From a virus (Duplodnaviria > Heunggongvirae > Uroviricota > Caudoviricetes), in IMG/VR virus record IMGVR_UViG_2802429331_000003, positions 1 through 64,000 of that record: a stretch of DNA of 64,000 nt; one strand, 5' to 3'. The first letter of the stretch is position 1. Each line of letters begins with the position of its first letter. The translations under genes were made by a program, and so were the position numbers. Shown in pieces: positions 1 through 8,882 of this stretch. The notes beneath the pieces are model-generated. The model was given only the letters and a program-made list of their open reading frames with translations. It had not been told where the DNA came from and searched no databases.

Positions 1-1326
1 GTGGCGAAAACCAAGACTGCTCGCGTTCCCAACGGCGCTCCGAGCTGCAAGTGGCGCGAGAGGAAGGGCGTCTATGAGGCGTCGCAGGCGAACCCGAACC
101 GCGCCCGCGACGGCGTCCGTCGCCTCTACGCCTACAGCTCCACCTACGACGACGCGCTCGAGAAGCTCCGTGTCATGGTCGAACGCGCCCGCGCAGGCAT
201 GCCGGCCGTCACCGGCACCCAGACGGTCGCCGCCTGGATGGACCACTGGCTGGAGAACATCGCCAAGCGGAACCTGACGCCCAAGACCTACCGCGGGCAC
301 AAGTCGATCATCGACACCCACGTGAAGCCGCTCATCGGCCACATCAAGCTCCGTCACCTCACCCCCGACGATCTGAACGACATGTACGACAAGATCATTG
401 TGAGGATCCGCGAGGACAGCAATGGGCGCTACGACGGGATCGGCTCGGCCCGACTAGCTCACCGCATCGTGCACACCGCGCTGCGGGCCGCGTATCGCCG
501 TGATGAGGTGGCGCGCAACGTTGCTGAGCACGCGGAGCCGCCGTCCTCGAACAAAGAGTCGCGGCGTGCGATGACCGCCGACCAGGCCAAGCACCTGCTG
601 CGCGTGGCGTACCAAAATGAGCACCCCTACACCAGCGCGCTGGCCGTCCTGCTCTTCACCGGGGTCCGTCTGGGCGAGGTGCTCGGGCTGACATGGGATC
701 GTGTCTTCCTTCCCGAGTCCGCGGACGGCACAGGCGGATTCATCGATGTGACCTGGCAGCTCCAGTCGCACACCAAGAGTCACGGATGCGGCAACCAGCA
801 CGCGGACAAGAGCTGGCCGTGTGGCCGCAAGCGGGGCTCGGCCTGCCCGTTGGGCTTCTTCGACTTCCCTCTGGACTACGAGCACAAGCACCTATGCGAC
901 AGCCTGCACCTGACCCGCCCGAAGTCCGGCGCTTCGATTCGAAAGCTTCCCGTCACGCCGCAGCTCGCGGCGTTCCTGATGCTCCAGGCACAGAAGACGC
1001 GCAACCGCGTGGATAACGAGCACAACCTGGTGTTCACCGATCCGCGCTACCCGATCGCGCGACCGCTTCCTCCGCGCGCCGGGTGGGTGATGTTCAAGGA
1101 GTGCGCGGTCGCGGCCGGTCTCCCGGAGGACTTGGTGGTGCACGAGACGCGGCACACGACTGTGACGCTGCTCCATGAGGCAGGCGTCGACGCCGAGGTA
1201 ATCCAGATGATCGTCGGGCACGCCAGCATCGCGACCACCAGGATCTACACCCACATCGGTCAGAACGTCGCCGCAGCAGCGCTACGCAATCTGGACAACT
1301 TCCTCGGGATCGACATGGCTGCCTAA
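1..1326 (+). CDS. int: Tyrosine integrase (phage-type site-specific recombinase). The 5' end may be cut by the window edge.
   Basis: C-terminal catalytic region HETRHTTVTLLHEAGVDAEVIQMIVGHASIATTRIYTHI (H-x-x-R, H, Y nucleophile); box I Arg in TGVRLGEVLGL; N-terminal SAM-like core-binding domain. Confidence 0.88.
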   Translation: MAKTKTARVPNGAPSCKWRERKGVYEASQANPNRARDGVRRLYAYSSTYDDALEKLRVMVERARAGMPAVTGTQTVAAWMDHWLENIAKRNLTPKTYRGHKSIIDTHVKPLIGHIKLRHLTPDDLNDMYDKIIVRIREDSNGRYDGIGSARLAHRIVHTALRAAYRRDEVARNVAEHAEPPSSNKESRRAMTADQAKHLLRVAYQNEHPYTSALAVLLFTGVRLGEVLGLTWDRVFLPESADGTGGFIDVTWQLQSHTKSHGCGNQHADKSWPCGRKRGSACPLGFFDFPLDYEHKHLCDSLHLTRPKSGASIRKLPVTPQLAAFLMLQAQKTRNRVDNEHNLVFTDPRYPIARPLPPRAGWVMFKECAVAAGLPEDLVVHETRHTTVTLLHEAGVDAEVIQMIVGHASIATTRIYTHIGQNVAAAALRNLDNFLGIDMAA

Positions 1327-1332
1327 AGCAAA

Positions 1333-1372
1333 ACCCCCGCAGCTATTTTCACCGGGCTGCGGGGGTCACCAC
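1333..1372. terminator. GC-rich 10-bp stem hairpin (cccccgcagc/gctgcggggg) just 3' of int; bidirectional-terminator shape with A-run upstream and T-run on the opposite strand.
   Basis: Seen directly: aaaacccccgcagctattttcaccgggctgcgggggtc. A second related hairpin sits at about 1452-1490 sharing the 10-mer acccccgcag. Confidence 0.55.
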
Positions 1373-1519
1373 CCCAGGGGAGATGGGAGATCCCCCTGAG
1401 AACGCAAATCCTACCCGGCCCGCTCCCGCCGGCCGAAACCACCTGAAATGCACGAACCCCCGCAGAGTCGCCACTCCGCGGGGGTTCTCAAAACACCAAG
1501 TAGAGGTTGGTGCACGTCA

Positions 1520-2077
1520 ATGCTAGCCAAGATCCGCGACGTCCGAATCCGCCCGGTCCATGCTTCCGCAGCCATCTCGGTCGTGGTGGCCTGGAAGGCG
1601 TTCGAGATGTCGTACGCCGCATTGTGCGGCTTGGCGGTGAACAACAAGGTCGATCCTGATCTCGCGTCGAACCTGCCGATTGCTCTCGAAGGTCTAACGA
1701 TCGGCGCCATCATCGCGACCGCCCATTTCAAGACCAAGAGCCTGGCATGGTGGTACTCGATCGGCGTCTTCCTCATGGCGTCGATCGCGTCGATTGTTGG
1801 GAACGTCCAGTACGCCAAGGAAATCGGCGGGGGCACGGTAGCCCAGGTCCTCCATGGCGGCATGCCCGTCATCCTGATGCTCGCTGTCCACCTCACCCTG
1901 ATGCTGCGCGAGGAGAAGCAGTCCACGGTCGCCACAGTAGAAGCCGCACAGCCGGTCATGGACACGGTGAACGCGCCGGCTGCGGACCTGGCACCGGAGT
2001 TCTGGACTCGCACCGCGCCCGACGGCACCACCGAGGCAGCACACATCGACTCCGTCGAGGCCGCCCCCGCCGCTTGA
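1520..2077 (+). CDS. Small polytopic membrane protein next to int; possible immunity or superinfection-exclusion function.
   Basis: Internal ATG at 1520 of ORF 1448..2077. Several hydrophobic segments (AISVVVAWKAF, LTIGAIIATAHF, WWYSIGVFLMASIASIVG, GGMPVILMLAVHLTLML). Confidence 0.5.
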   Translation: MLAKIRDVRIRPVHASAAISVVVAWKAFEMSYAALCGLAVNNKVDPDLASNLPIALEGLTIGAIIATAHFKTKSLAWWYSIGVFLMASIASIVGNVQYAKEIGGGTVAQVLHGGMPVILMLAVHLTLMLREEKQSTVATVEAAQPVMDTVNAPAADLAPEFWTRTAPDGTTEAAHIDSVEAAPAA

Positions 2078-2414
2078 CTGCGCCCGGCCGGGCACACAGA
2101 CACTTCGCGCACACCGGTGGCCGTACGCGCCATCCCGGTGCGGCGCGGTGTGGCTGTGCGTCCGGTCGGCATCGGTTCCCAGGGCCAGCTGGCCGCCTTG
2201 CCGGCTGGCCGCAACCCCACCCAGAAGTCCGTCTCCCGCCAGCGCCACCACGACCAGGACCCCCGGCCGCCGCCGCATGGGTAGCCGACATGCCACAGCA
2301 CACATGAACGGACTCATCCACGGAGAGCGCCGTCGACCAAACGCGCCCAGATCGGATTCGGCGCACCGCAATCCACATGAAAGGCTCCACACCGAACACG
2401 AGGATGGAATAGGC

Positions 2415-2756
2415 ATGATCTTCGACAAGACCGACGGCACCCGGACGATGATCCGCGAGTACCTCAGCCTTCACAGGGACGACAGCTTGGCGGATCTGCG
2501 CGTCACTGCCGCCCTGGCCATTGTCGACCAGGCAGACGAACTGCGCCTCACCCGCGCCGAACTGGCCACCGTGCTCGGCCTCAACGGCACCACGAACCTG
2601 TCCCATCTAATGATGGGTCGCCTGAATAAGTACAGCGTCGAGTGGCTTCTGCGCGCCGCCCAGGCCGTCGGGATGACGATCGAATTCGCCCTCGCTGCGG
2701 ACCCGAGCAAGACCGAGAAGCTTCGACAGTGGCGGGTTGCGCAGCTCGAGGAGTAG
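2415..2756 (+). CDS. XRE/Cro-C1-type helix-turn-helix transcriptional regulator (113 aa).
   Basis: ATG at 2415 preceded by aggatggaataggc. HTH segment LTRAELATVLGLNGTTNLSHLMMGR is typical of the XRE family. Lies between int and the divergent leftward operon. Confidence 0.65.
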   Translation: MIFDKTDGTRTMIREYLSLHRDDSLADLRVTAALAIVDQADELRLTRAELATVLGLNGTTNLSHLMMGRLNKYSVEWLLRAAQAVGMTIEFALAADPSKTEKLRQWRVAQLEE

Positions 2757-2791
2757 CCGACAGCACGGCCGGGCGAGTCGCAAACCGCCCA

Positions 2792-3316
2792 CTAACCGCC
2801 ATCCGGAGCCGCCCCCTGCTCCCACACGTTGCGCCGATCACCCAGCGACAGTGCTTCTTCCGGACCGATTCCGCTGCGGACCACGTGTCCGACAAGCACG
2901 CCTTGAGTGACCCGAACCAGGGCCTTCCACTCCTGATCGCGCTCGGGGTCTGTCACGAGGGCGAGGATTTTGGTGAGCGCCGTAGGATGCGGGAGCACTT
3001 CCCAACGCTCAGGAGTCAAAGCGATCGAACGCAGTTCGTCCGTGAGCGGGTCGAGGGACAGTTCATCGGACACACGAGTGAACCCGACCTCATCCACCGT
3101 CACCGATTCGCCGGGACGGGTTATCGAGCGAACCGCAGCCAAGGTCTGTGTCGCTTGCCAAATCCCATACGCCAGCAGCTCGCTCACCGTTTCGGCGTCG
3201 ATGGATCGCTCATGTGCTCGTTTCCACCAGCCCGGGTTCTCCGGAATCAGCCACTGCACTAGACCTTCGGCGTGGCGAATACTTCTGTCCCACAGCGCGG
3301 TTGCCTCGTCGCCCAT
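2792..3316 (-). CDS. Hypothetical protein (174 aa).
   Basis: Clean ORF with protein-like composition. No recognisable motif. Confidence 0.5.
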   Translation of the reverse strand: MGDEATALWDRSIRHAEGLVQWLIPENPGWWKRAHERSIDAETVSELLAYGIWQATQTLAAVRSITRPGESVTVDEVGFTRVSDELSLDPLTDELRSIALTPERWEVLPHPTALTKILALVTDPERDQEWKALVRVTQGVLVGHVVRSGIGPEEALSLGDRRNVWEQGAAPDGG

Positions 3317-3356
3317 ACGAGAACGCTAACGGTCCGAAAGTCGATTTGCTTGTCCT

Positions 3357-4058
3357 TCATTCGTTCTCCGGGTACGCACCGTGAGGAAGTTCGGCGCGGT
3401 CGAGAAATGCCCAGCCCTCGTCGGTGACATCGAATCCGCCGTAGCAGCCGCAGGTGCACCCTTCGAGCCAGCCGCGGTCGATGAGGCGTTGAGCCTTGGC
3501 GCGGACGAGCTTGCTGGGCATGTCCGGCTGTTCATGGTTGCCTGGGCCGCGTTCGATTCGGTAGCCGCGCATTTCGAGGATGGCGCATAGGTCAGTGAGC
3601 AGAGCCCAGCGGCCTTGGCACCAGTCGATGGCGTAGGTGACGGCGTCGAGGAACTCGCGGTCTGGGATGTCGCGGGCGTGCCGGACCGGGATGCCGCCCG
3701 CGGCGTGCTTGAAGGCGGAGATCACCGCGGTGGCGGGTACGTCGATGGCGATGTCCCAGATGGTCGGCGGTGCGGCCGTGGTGTGGTCGTCCCACGGTTG
3801 GCCGCGCCATGTGTCGATGCGAATCGGGTTGTGATGGGTGGAGTAATCACACACGGTGAACTCGCCTGGGATAGCGGGGAGTAGGTGGTCGCGCACGAGC
3901 TGGCGGAGGACGGCGTGATCATCGACGTGGTCCCACGCGTCGATGTAGTAGCCGAGCTCCTCGATGCTCCACAGCCATTCGGTGATCAACTCGCCGTCGC
4001 GGAACCCGTGCTTGGAGAACAGCCCCTCCGCGTGCAGATGCAGGTCAGGCAGGCTCAT
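3357..4058 (-). CDS. Hypothetical protein (about 233 aa) with C-terminal Cys cluster (CTCGCYGG).
   Basis: Internal start MSLPDLHLH of ORF 3357..4127; the upstream extension is Arg/Ser-rich junk. Confidence 0.5.
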   Translation of the reverse strand: MSLPDLHLHAEGLFSKHGFRDGELITEWLWSIEELGYYIDAWDHVDDHAVLRQLVRDHLLPAIPGEFTVCDYSTHHNPIRIDTWRGQPWDDHTTAAPPTIWDIAIDVPATAVISAFKHAAGGIPVRHARDIPDREFLDAVTYAIDWCQGRWALLTDLCAILEMRGYRIERGPGNHEQPDMPSKLVRAKAQRLIDRGWLEGCTCGCYGGFDVTDEGWAFLDRAELPHGAYPENE

Positions 4059-4377
4059 TGGGTTCCGGTTGAGTGACCGCGGCAAGTCCGTAGTTCGCCC
4101 CGCGCTTGACGACCTGCCAGCGGCCATGGATCTGACCTCGGTCGATGGTCCGGCTGGTCAACAGTTCCAGCATGTCGGTCGCGAACATCTCCCACTGGCG
4201 ACCGGTCGAGTCGTCGGTGAACAGGTACTTGATCGACGACCGGCCGCGGGTGAGGTCGAAGACTCTCAGAGTGGCGGTGAACGGGGTGTTCTCGCGCCAT
4301 TCGATGTCGCGGTCCCAGGCGGAGACGTAGGCGCGCATGTTGCCGTCCGCGGCAACGGGATAGGTGACGAGTGGCAT
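4045..4377 (-). CDS. Hypothetical protein (about 110 aa).
   Basis: Internal start MPLVTYPVAADG of ORF 4045..4470. Confidence 0.45.
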   Translation of the reverse strand: MPLVTYPVAADGNMRAYVSAWDRDIEWRENTPFTATLRVFDLTRGRSSIKYLFTDDSTGRQWEMFATDMLELLTSRTIDRGQIHGRWQVVKRGANYGLAAVTQPEPNEPA

Positions 4378-4378
4378 C

Positions 4379-4537
4379 TCAGTGCTCCTGCGAGGCGCGG
4401 GCGGCGGCCACGATGTCGTCGAGCGACACCGACCCCTCGGCGATGGCGCAGGCCATCGCGAGGGCGGCATCGGCGTCGCCGGCCTGGATCTTCTTCACGG
4501 CCTCGACCAACTCGGCGCGTGTAGTGGCGTCTTTCAT
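4379..4537 (-). CDS. Small protein (52 aa), translationally coupled (ATGA overlap) to the SPFH gene.
   Basis: MKDATTRAELVEAVKKIQAGDADAALAMACAIAEG; start overlaps the stop of the upstream SPFH gene. Confidence 0.4.
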   Translation of the reverse strand: MKDATTRAELVEAVKKIQAGDADAALAMACAIAEGSVSLDDIVAAARASQEH

Positions 4538-5433
4538 CGCACGGGTACGGTGTTGGCCAGCCCGGTGCCGGGCCAGCACTGGAATCCGGCTGGGAGTGCC
4601 TTGCCGGAGGACACGAGGTCCAGGCATTTGGCGACTAGGACGTTGGGGTCGCGCGAGACCGAGTCCGACAGCACGCGGTTGGCCTGGGCCTGCGCAGCCG
4701 CAGTGCGCTGGGATTCCTCGGCGATGCGGGTGGAGGCGATCTGAGCCTGGTAGGCGTTGATCTTGTCCTGGGTGACCTGGTCGAAGTGGACCAGGCTGAT
4801 GATCACGCCCTGGACGTCGATCCATTTGCCGATCTTGGCCTTGAGCTTGTCGGTGACCTGGCCGGAGAGCTGGTCGAGCTTGGGGGCGTCGGCGGCCTCG
4901 GCCGAGAGCGGGTTGTAGCTGGCGAACACTCCGTTGATGACGGCGTTGAGTTCGCGGGTGACCAGCGAGTTCTTGATGTTTTCGTCGGACTGGTAGTCGC
5001 GGTACAGCTCGTCGGCTGCGGTCTGCACGATCCGGTACCTGACCGTGTTATCCACACAGGCTGTGGAATTGTTGGCAAGTCGGACCGCGGTGCCGCCGTC
5101 GCATTTGCCGTCGGCGAATCCGCCTGTCTGCGAGTCGGTTCGGATGGTGCCCGACAGTTCGATGACCTTCTGCCAGGGAGCGACAGGGTGGATGCCGTTC
5201 GACAAGGTGCCGGTGGGCTTGCCGAACGACGTGGTGATGCCGACGTTGCGGGTGGACACGATCGTGAACGACGACAGGGCAAATAGCAGCACGGCGATGG
5301 CGCCGGAGATGGCGGCGGTCAGGGTGCCGCCGTTGGCGAGGCCCTGGCCGGTAGCCCGCAGGTACACACCCACGAACACTGAGAGTGTAGCGACGACCGC
5401 GATGAAGCACGCGAGGGAGAAGAGGAAAGGCAC
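4534..5433 (-). CDS. SPFH/band-7 (prohibitin/stomatin/HflC-like) membrane protein.
   Basis: N-terminal TM segment (FLFSLACFIAVVATLSVFVGVYL, AISGAIAVLLFALSSFTIV), then SPFH-like core and a coiled-coil Ala/Gln-rich C-terminus (KINAYQAQIASTRIAEESQRTAAAQAQANRVL). Confidence 0.6.
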   Translation of the reverse strand: MPFLFSLACFIAVVATLSVFVGVYLRATGQGLANGGTLTAAISGAIAVLLFALSSFTIVSTRNVGITTSFGKPTGTLSNGIHPVAPWQKVIELSGTIRTDSQTGGFADGKCDGGTAVRLANNSTACVDNTVRYRIVQTAADELYRDYQSDENIKNSLVTRELNAVINGVFASYNPLSAEAADAPKLDQLSGQVTDKLKAKIGKWIDVQGVIISLVHFDQVTQDKINAYQAQIASTRIAEESQRTAAAQAQANRVLSDSVSRDPNVLVAKCLDLVSSGKALPAGFQCWPGTGLANTVPVR

Positions 5434-5504
5434 GTAATCGCTTTCGGGGATCAGGGCCGATTATCCGGAGGGTTCCGGATAATCGGCGTGGGTCGAGCGA
5501 TGGT

Positions 5505-5927
5505 TCAGGCAGAGGGGCGCAGGTAGTGCACGACCAGGCCGCGCAGGGCCTTGATCTCGCGCTTGTTGGCCTCGAGCTCACCGGTGAGCTCCTTGTTCAC
5601 CTGCATGAGGACGGCGACATCCTCGAGGTGAGCAATGGTCTGGCCCGACGCCGGCACCGGGGTGGGGTCCGAAGCGATCGGCGCCGCGACGGCGGCGCGG
5701 GTCTTGGTGGAGGCGGTGACGGTCTTGCGCTTGCCGCGGTGCGACTTGAAGATTCCGGCTTCGCGAGCCCAGGCGTGCAGGGTCGATACGGCTGGTCCGT
5801 TCTCGAATTCCTCGGCGACGATGACGCATGCGTCGGACTGCTTCATGCCCGCCTGGCGGGCCTGTTCGAGCAGTTCCAGGGCCGTGGACTTGGTCTGGAT
5901 TGTGTACGGCGAGGGGAAAGTGCCCAT
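5505..5927 (-). CDS. Hypothetical protein (140 aa), possible DNA-binding.
   Basis: Clean ORF with basic C-terminal half. Confidence 0.45.
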   Translation of the reverse strand: MGTFPSPYTIQTKSTALELLEQARQAGMKQSDACVIVAEEFENGPAVSTLHAWAREAGIFKSHRGKRKTVTASTKTRAAVAAPIASDPTPVPASGQTIAHLEDVAVLMQVNKELTGELEANKREIKALRGLVVHYLRPSA

Positions 5928-5962
5928 GGTTGTGCTCCAGTTCGTTTGGTGGGGTGGGTGTT

Positions 5963-6208
5963 TCAGGCGGCAGCGCGGTGAATGCGCTTTTCGAAGGATT
6001 TGACGTTGAGACCGAAGTAGGCGGCCAGGCGCTCTGTGTCGGTCACCCGGAATGAGCGGATGTGGGCGTACTCGTCCTCGAACACGCCCGCCGTGGCGCC
6101 GTTGGTCACTGGCGGCCCCGAACCTCGGTGACGCCGTGCAGCGATCTCACCGAAAGTGAGGTCTTCTTCGACTTCCCATGGCCCACTGGGCTTTTGGGAC
6201 TCGAGCAT
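5963..6208 (-). CDS. Small hypothetical protein (81 aa).
   Basis: Internal start MLESQKPSGPWEVEEDL; TAATG overlap with the upstream gene. Confidence 0.4.
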   Translation of the reverse strand: MLESQKPSGPWEVEEDLTFGEIAARRHRGSGPPVTNGATAGVFEDEYAHIRSFRVTDTERLAAYFGLNVKSFEKRIHRAAA

Positions 6209-6711
6209 TAGCCGAGGTATTCGCGGAAGGGACCGAACTGTTCGGTGGGGCCGAAGACGTAGGTTCCCCAGTTGCCGCCGGTGCCCAGGCCCCATTTGCC
6301 GTTGCGGTTCTCCCAGCGGTCGCCTTCTTGGTCGACGACGATGACGTTGGCCGGTATGTCTGCGAGGTTTTCCCAGGTGCGCGGCTTGGTGGCCGGTTTG
6401 GTCCAGCCAGCCTTCACGAGCGCTTCGGCGAGCGGCGCAGAGCGGCGCACATGGTTGCGGCGGTCGGTGTCGGTCAGGTCCGCCCACTTGCGGGGCAGGC
6501 CGAGGTCCCACGGGCGAGCGTGCAGGTGCGGCGCTGCTTCGTAAATGGCTTTGGCGAAAGCGAATTCGCGCCCTTCCTCAGCGGTTGCCTGGGACAGGTC
6601 AGCTTTGGCCGTGGCGAGGTAGTCCTTCAGCACGCTGGTGTGGTCGTTGTCAGCGTGGGTTTCTAGCCAGCGGATGACGGTTTCGAGTTCCTTGGCGGTG
6701 GGCGTACTCAT
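6208..6711 (-). CDS. Hypothetical protein (167 aa).
   Basis: Clean ORF MSTPTAKELETVIRWLETHADN... Confidence 0.5.
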   Translation of the reverse strand: MSTPTAKELETVIRWLETHADNDHTSVLKDYLATAKADLSQATAEEGREFAFAKAIYEAAPHLHARPWDLGLPRKWADLTDTDRRNHVRRSAPLAEALVKAGWTKPATKPRTWENLADIPANVIVVDQEGDRWENRNGKWGLGTGGNWGTYVFGPTEQFGPFREYLG

Positions 6712-6747
6712 TCGGATGGTCCTTCGGTGGCGGGGATGTGGTGAGGC

Positions 6748-7542
6748 TCAGGCGGCTTGGGTGCTGCTGGGCTGCCAGATTTCGCGGGCGGATGGCCCGA
6801 AGACGTTGGGGGCCTGGTCGCGTAGCTCGCGGCCGATCCATGCGGCGATGCGGCGCATTTCCTTATCGACACCGTCGGCATCGCGCTGGATGAGGAAGTC
6901 GATCCAGGCCCGGTAGTTGCCGGTGACAACGATGCGGGTTTCGGCGTTGCCGGGCAGGTGGGCGCGTGCGGCTTCGCGGGCTTCCTTGTGGCTCGCGCCG
7001 CGGCCTCGGTAGATGTCGACCCACTTGTGGTACTTCGACAGAGCTGCGCGGGCGCTCTGTTCGAGGTCGTGGATGGCCTCGGGGTCGTTCTCGTACAGCG
7101 GCGGGATGACGAAGTTGATCTCATCGGCGTCGACGTAGCGCTGGGAGAGTTCCGAACGCGGGATGTGGCGGTGGCGGATCAGTTCGTGGGTCAGCGAGCG
7201 GGAGACGCCGGTGATATAGAAGGTGGCGTTTGCGTGCTCAAGGACGCTCCAATGCTTCTGGCGCAGAATATTTTTCAGGTATCCGCGGGTGGTAGCGGTC
7301 TCGGGGTTCGGGCGCTCCCAGGACTGGTAGCAGGTGCGTCCAGCGAACACCGCCAGCTCTTCGCCGTCGTCGAGGGAGTCCTCTCCGAGGCTGTAGTCCG
7401 GGGTATCCGGGAGCCACAGGCTGGTGGTGGCGATCAGGGCTACATGGGGCTGCACGAACAAACTCACGGCCAGAACCCTATATCCCATGGAACGCTTGGA
7501 ACGGATGGCTTTACACCCTGAAGACGTGTCTATGTGTTGCAA
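6748..7542 (-). CDS. thyX: Flavin-dependent thymidylate synthase ThyX. The true start may be the internal MGYRVL at about 7488.
   Basis: ThyX signature RHRHIPRSELSQRY (RHR-x7-S-x-R) and surrounding HWSVLEHANATFYITGVSRSLTHELIRHR. Confidence 0.8.
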   Translation of the reverse strand: MQHIDTSSGCKAIRSKRSMGYRVLAVSLFVQPHVALIATTSLWLPDTPDYSLGEDSLDDGEELAVFAGRTCYQSWERPNPETATTRGYLKNILRQKHWSVLEHANATFYITGVSRSLTHELIRHRHIPRSELSQRYVDADEINFVIPPLYENDPEAIHDLEQSARAALSKYHKWVDIYRGRGASHKEAREAARAHLPGNAETRIVVTGNYRAWIDFLIQRDADGVDKEMRRIAAWIGRELRDQAPNVFGPSAREIWQPSSTQAA

Positions 7543-7548
7543 TGCAGA

Positions 7549-7580
7549 AGACGCCCGGCCACGTATATGGCCGGGCGTCT
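7549..7580. terminator. Perfect 12-bp stem hairpin between the minor-tail gene and thyX.
   Basis: agacgcccggcc acgtatat ggccgggcgtct. Confidence 0.5.
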
Positions 7581-7604
7581 ATCAATGGAACGCTGAGTGG
7601 GAAG

Positions 7605-8447
7605 CTAGATGTCCTTGAAGCTGAAGTCGTCCAAGTCTGGCGAGAGCTGATCGTCAGACCAGTTGTTCGATGCCGACACCACCAAGCCGCCGTATCGCTG
7701 CGATGGTGACGGGGTGGCGACGTTTTCGATGTCGGTCCAGGCGACAACCACCTTTGGTGAGGAGTCTGGGTTGCGGATGAGCTGGTAGACGTTGCCCGAT
7801 ACCCGAAACTCAGCGATATCGCCGGATTTGAAATTCGATGTGACTCCGCCTTTTTGGAGCTTCTGTTGGCCCGCGGTCACCGTGAAGATGCCCGACTTCT
7901 CCGCGTCCGTGCAGATCTTGGCAATGACGAGTTCTCGCAGCGTTGTGTTGGCTCGGACCACCAGGCCGGCCGCGATATCGGTGGGGGCTCCAGCGAGCGT
8001 GGCGCGGACGAAGTGGTCGTCAGTGCTTACCGCGGTGGCGGTATAGACGACGACCTGCTCAGACGCATTGCTTATGCCTCCGGGTGGCGCGCCGGCACGC
8101 AGACGGTTTGAAGCCAGGATTGGGCTGCCACTGGTCCCGAACGCCTTGGCAGTCCAGTTGCCGCCCAAGCTTGCGCGGTTGAAGTCGTCGCGGATTTCGG
8201 TTGCAGACGACCACAGCAGATCTGCGCCGATGCTGACCTTTTGGATGGCAGCTGATCCGATGGAAACCTTGGTGATGGCCGAAGATTCCGTGGAGACGGG
8301 CATCGCGTCGATCCTTGAGGTTGAGGAGTTCGGGTCTCGGTCAGGTGCGCCGCTTCGTACCTTCGGGTAAGAACGCGCGTACGTAGGAGTTAGGGCTCGC
8401 CGCCGCGGCGGGGCCGGAGTTGAACATCGAATTACCCTGCGCTTCAA
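7605..8447 (-). CDS. Minor tail protein (280 aa).
   Basis: Position in the tail-fiber region; beta-rich Ser/Thr/Ala composition typical of actinophage minor tail proteins. Confidence 0.55.
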   Translation of the reverse strand: MKRRVIRCSTPAPPRRRALTPTYARSYPKVRSGAPDRDPNSSTSRIDAMPVSTESSAITKVSIGSAAIQKVSIGADLLWSSATEIRDDFNRASLGGNWTAKAFGTSGSPILASNRLRAGAPPGGISNASEQVVVYTATAVSTDDHFVRATLAGAPTDIAAGLVVRANTTLRELVIAKICTDAEKSGIFTVTAGQQKLQKGGVTSNFKSGDIAEFRVSGNVYQLIRNPDSSPKVVVAWTDIENVATPSPSQRYGGLVVSASNNWSDDQLSPDLDDFSFKDI

Positions 8448-8882
8448 CGCCTATCAAGCTGCCCGTTTTGACGTCGACGTCGGTGGCGGTGACCGATGCG
8501 GTAGCGCTGCCGAAGGTGGGGACGGTGAACTTGGAACCTGTGGCGATGGTCTTGCCGTCGAGGGTTAGCCGCATGGTGATGTCGAAGGTGTACGAACTCG
8601 CTGGGCCCCACACGATCGACGCCGTGATGGTGACGCCCTTGCCGGCAGCCGGGATGACGAGTTTGTTGGTCGCCACCGCGGAGCCGGGGTATTTCGTGTC
8701 CGCCTTCCAGCCCTGAACCGGCGCGTATGACGTACCCGAGGATGCGCTGGAGCCGAGGACCGCTCCGGCTGGGACGAACTGGACTGCGGTCCACAGCTGT
8801 GTAGCTCCGAGGCTTACTGTCTGAATATCGTTGTTGCCAACTGCAATTTTGGCGATCTCGACCGCCGCGAGGCTCGTCGGCA

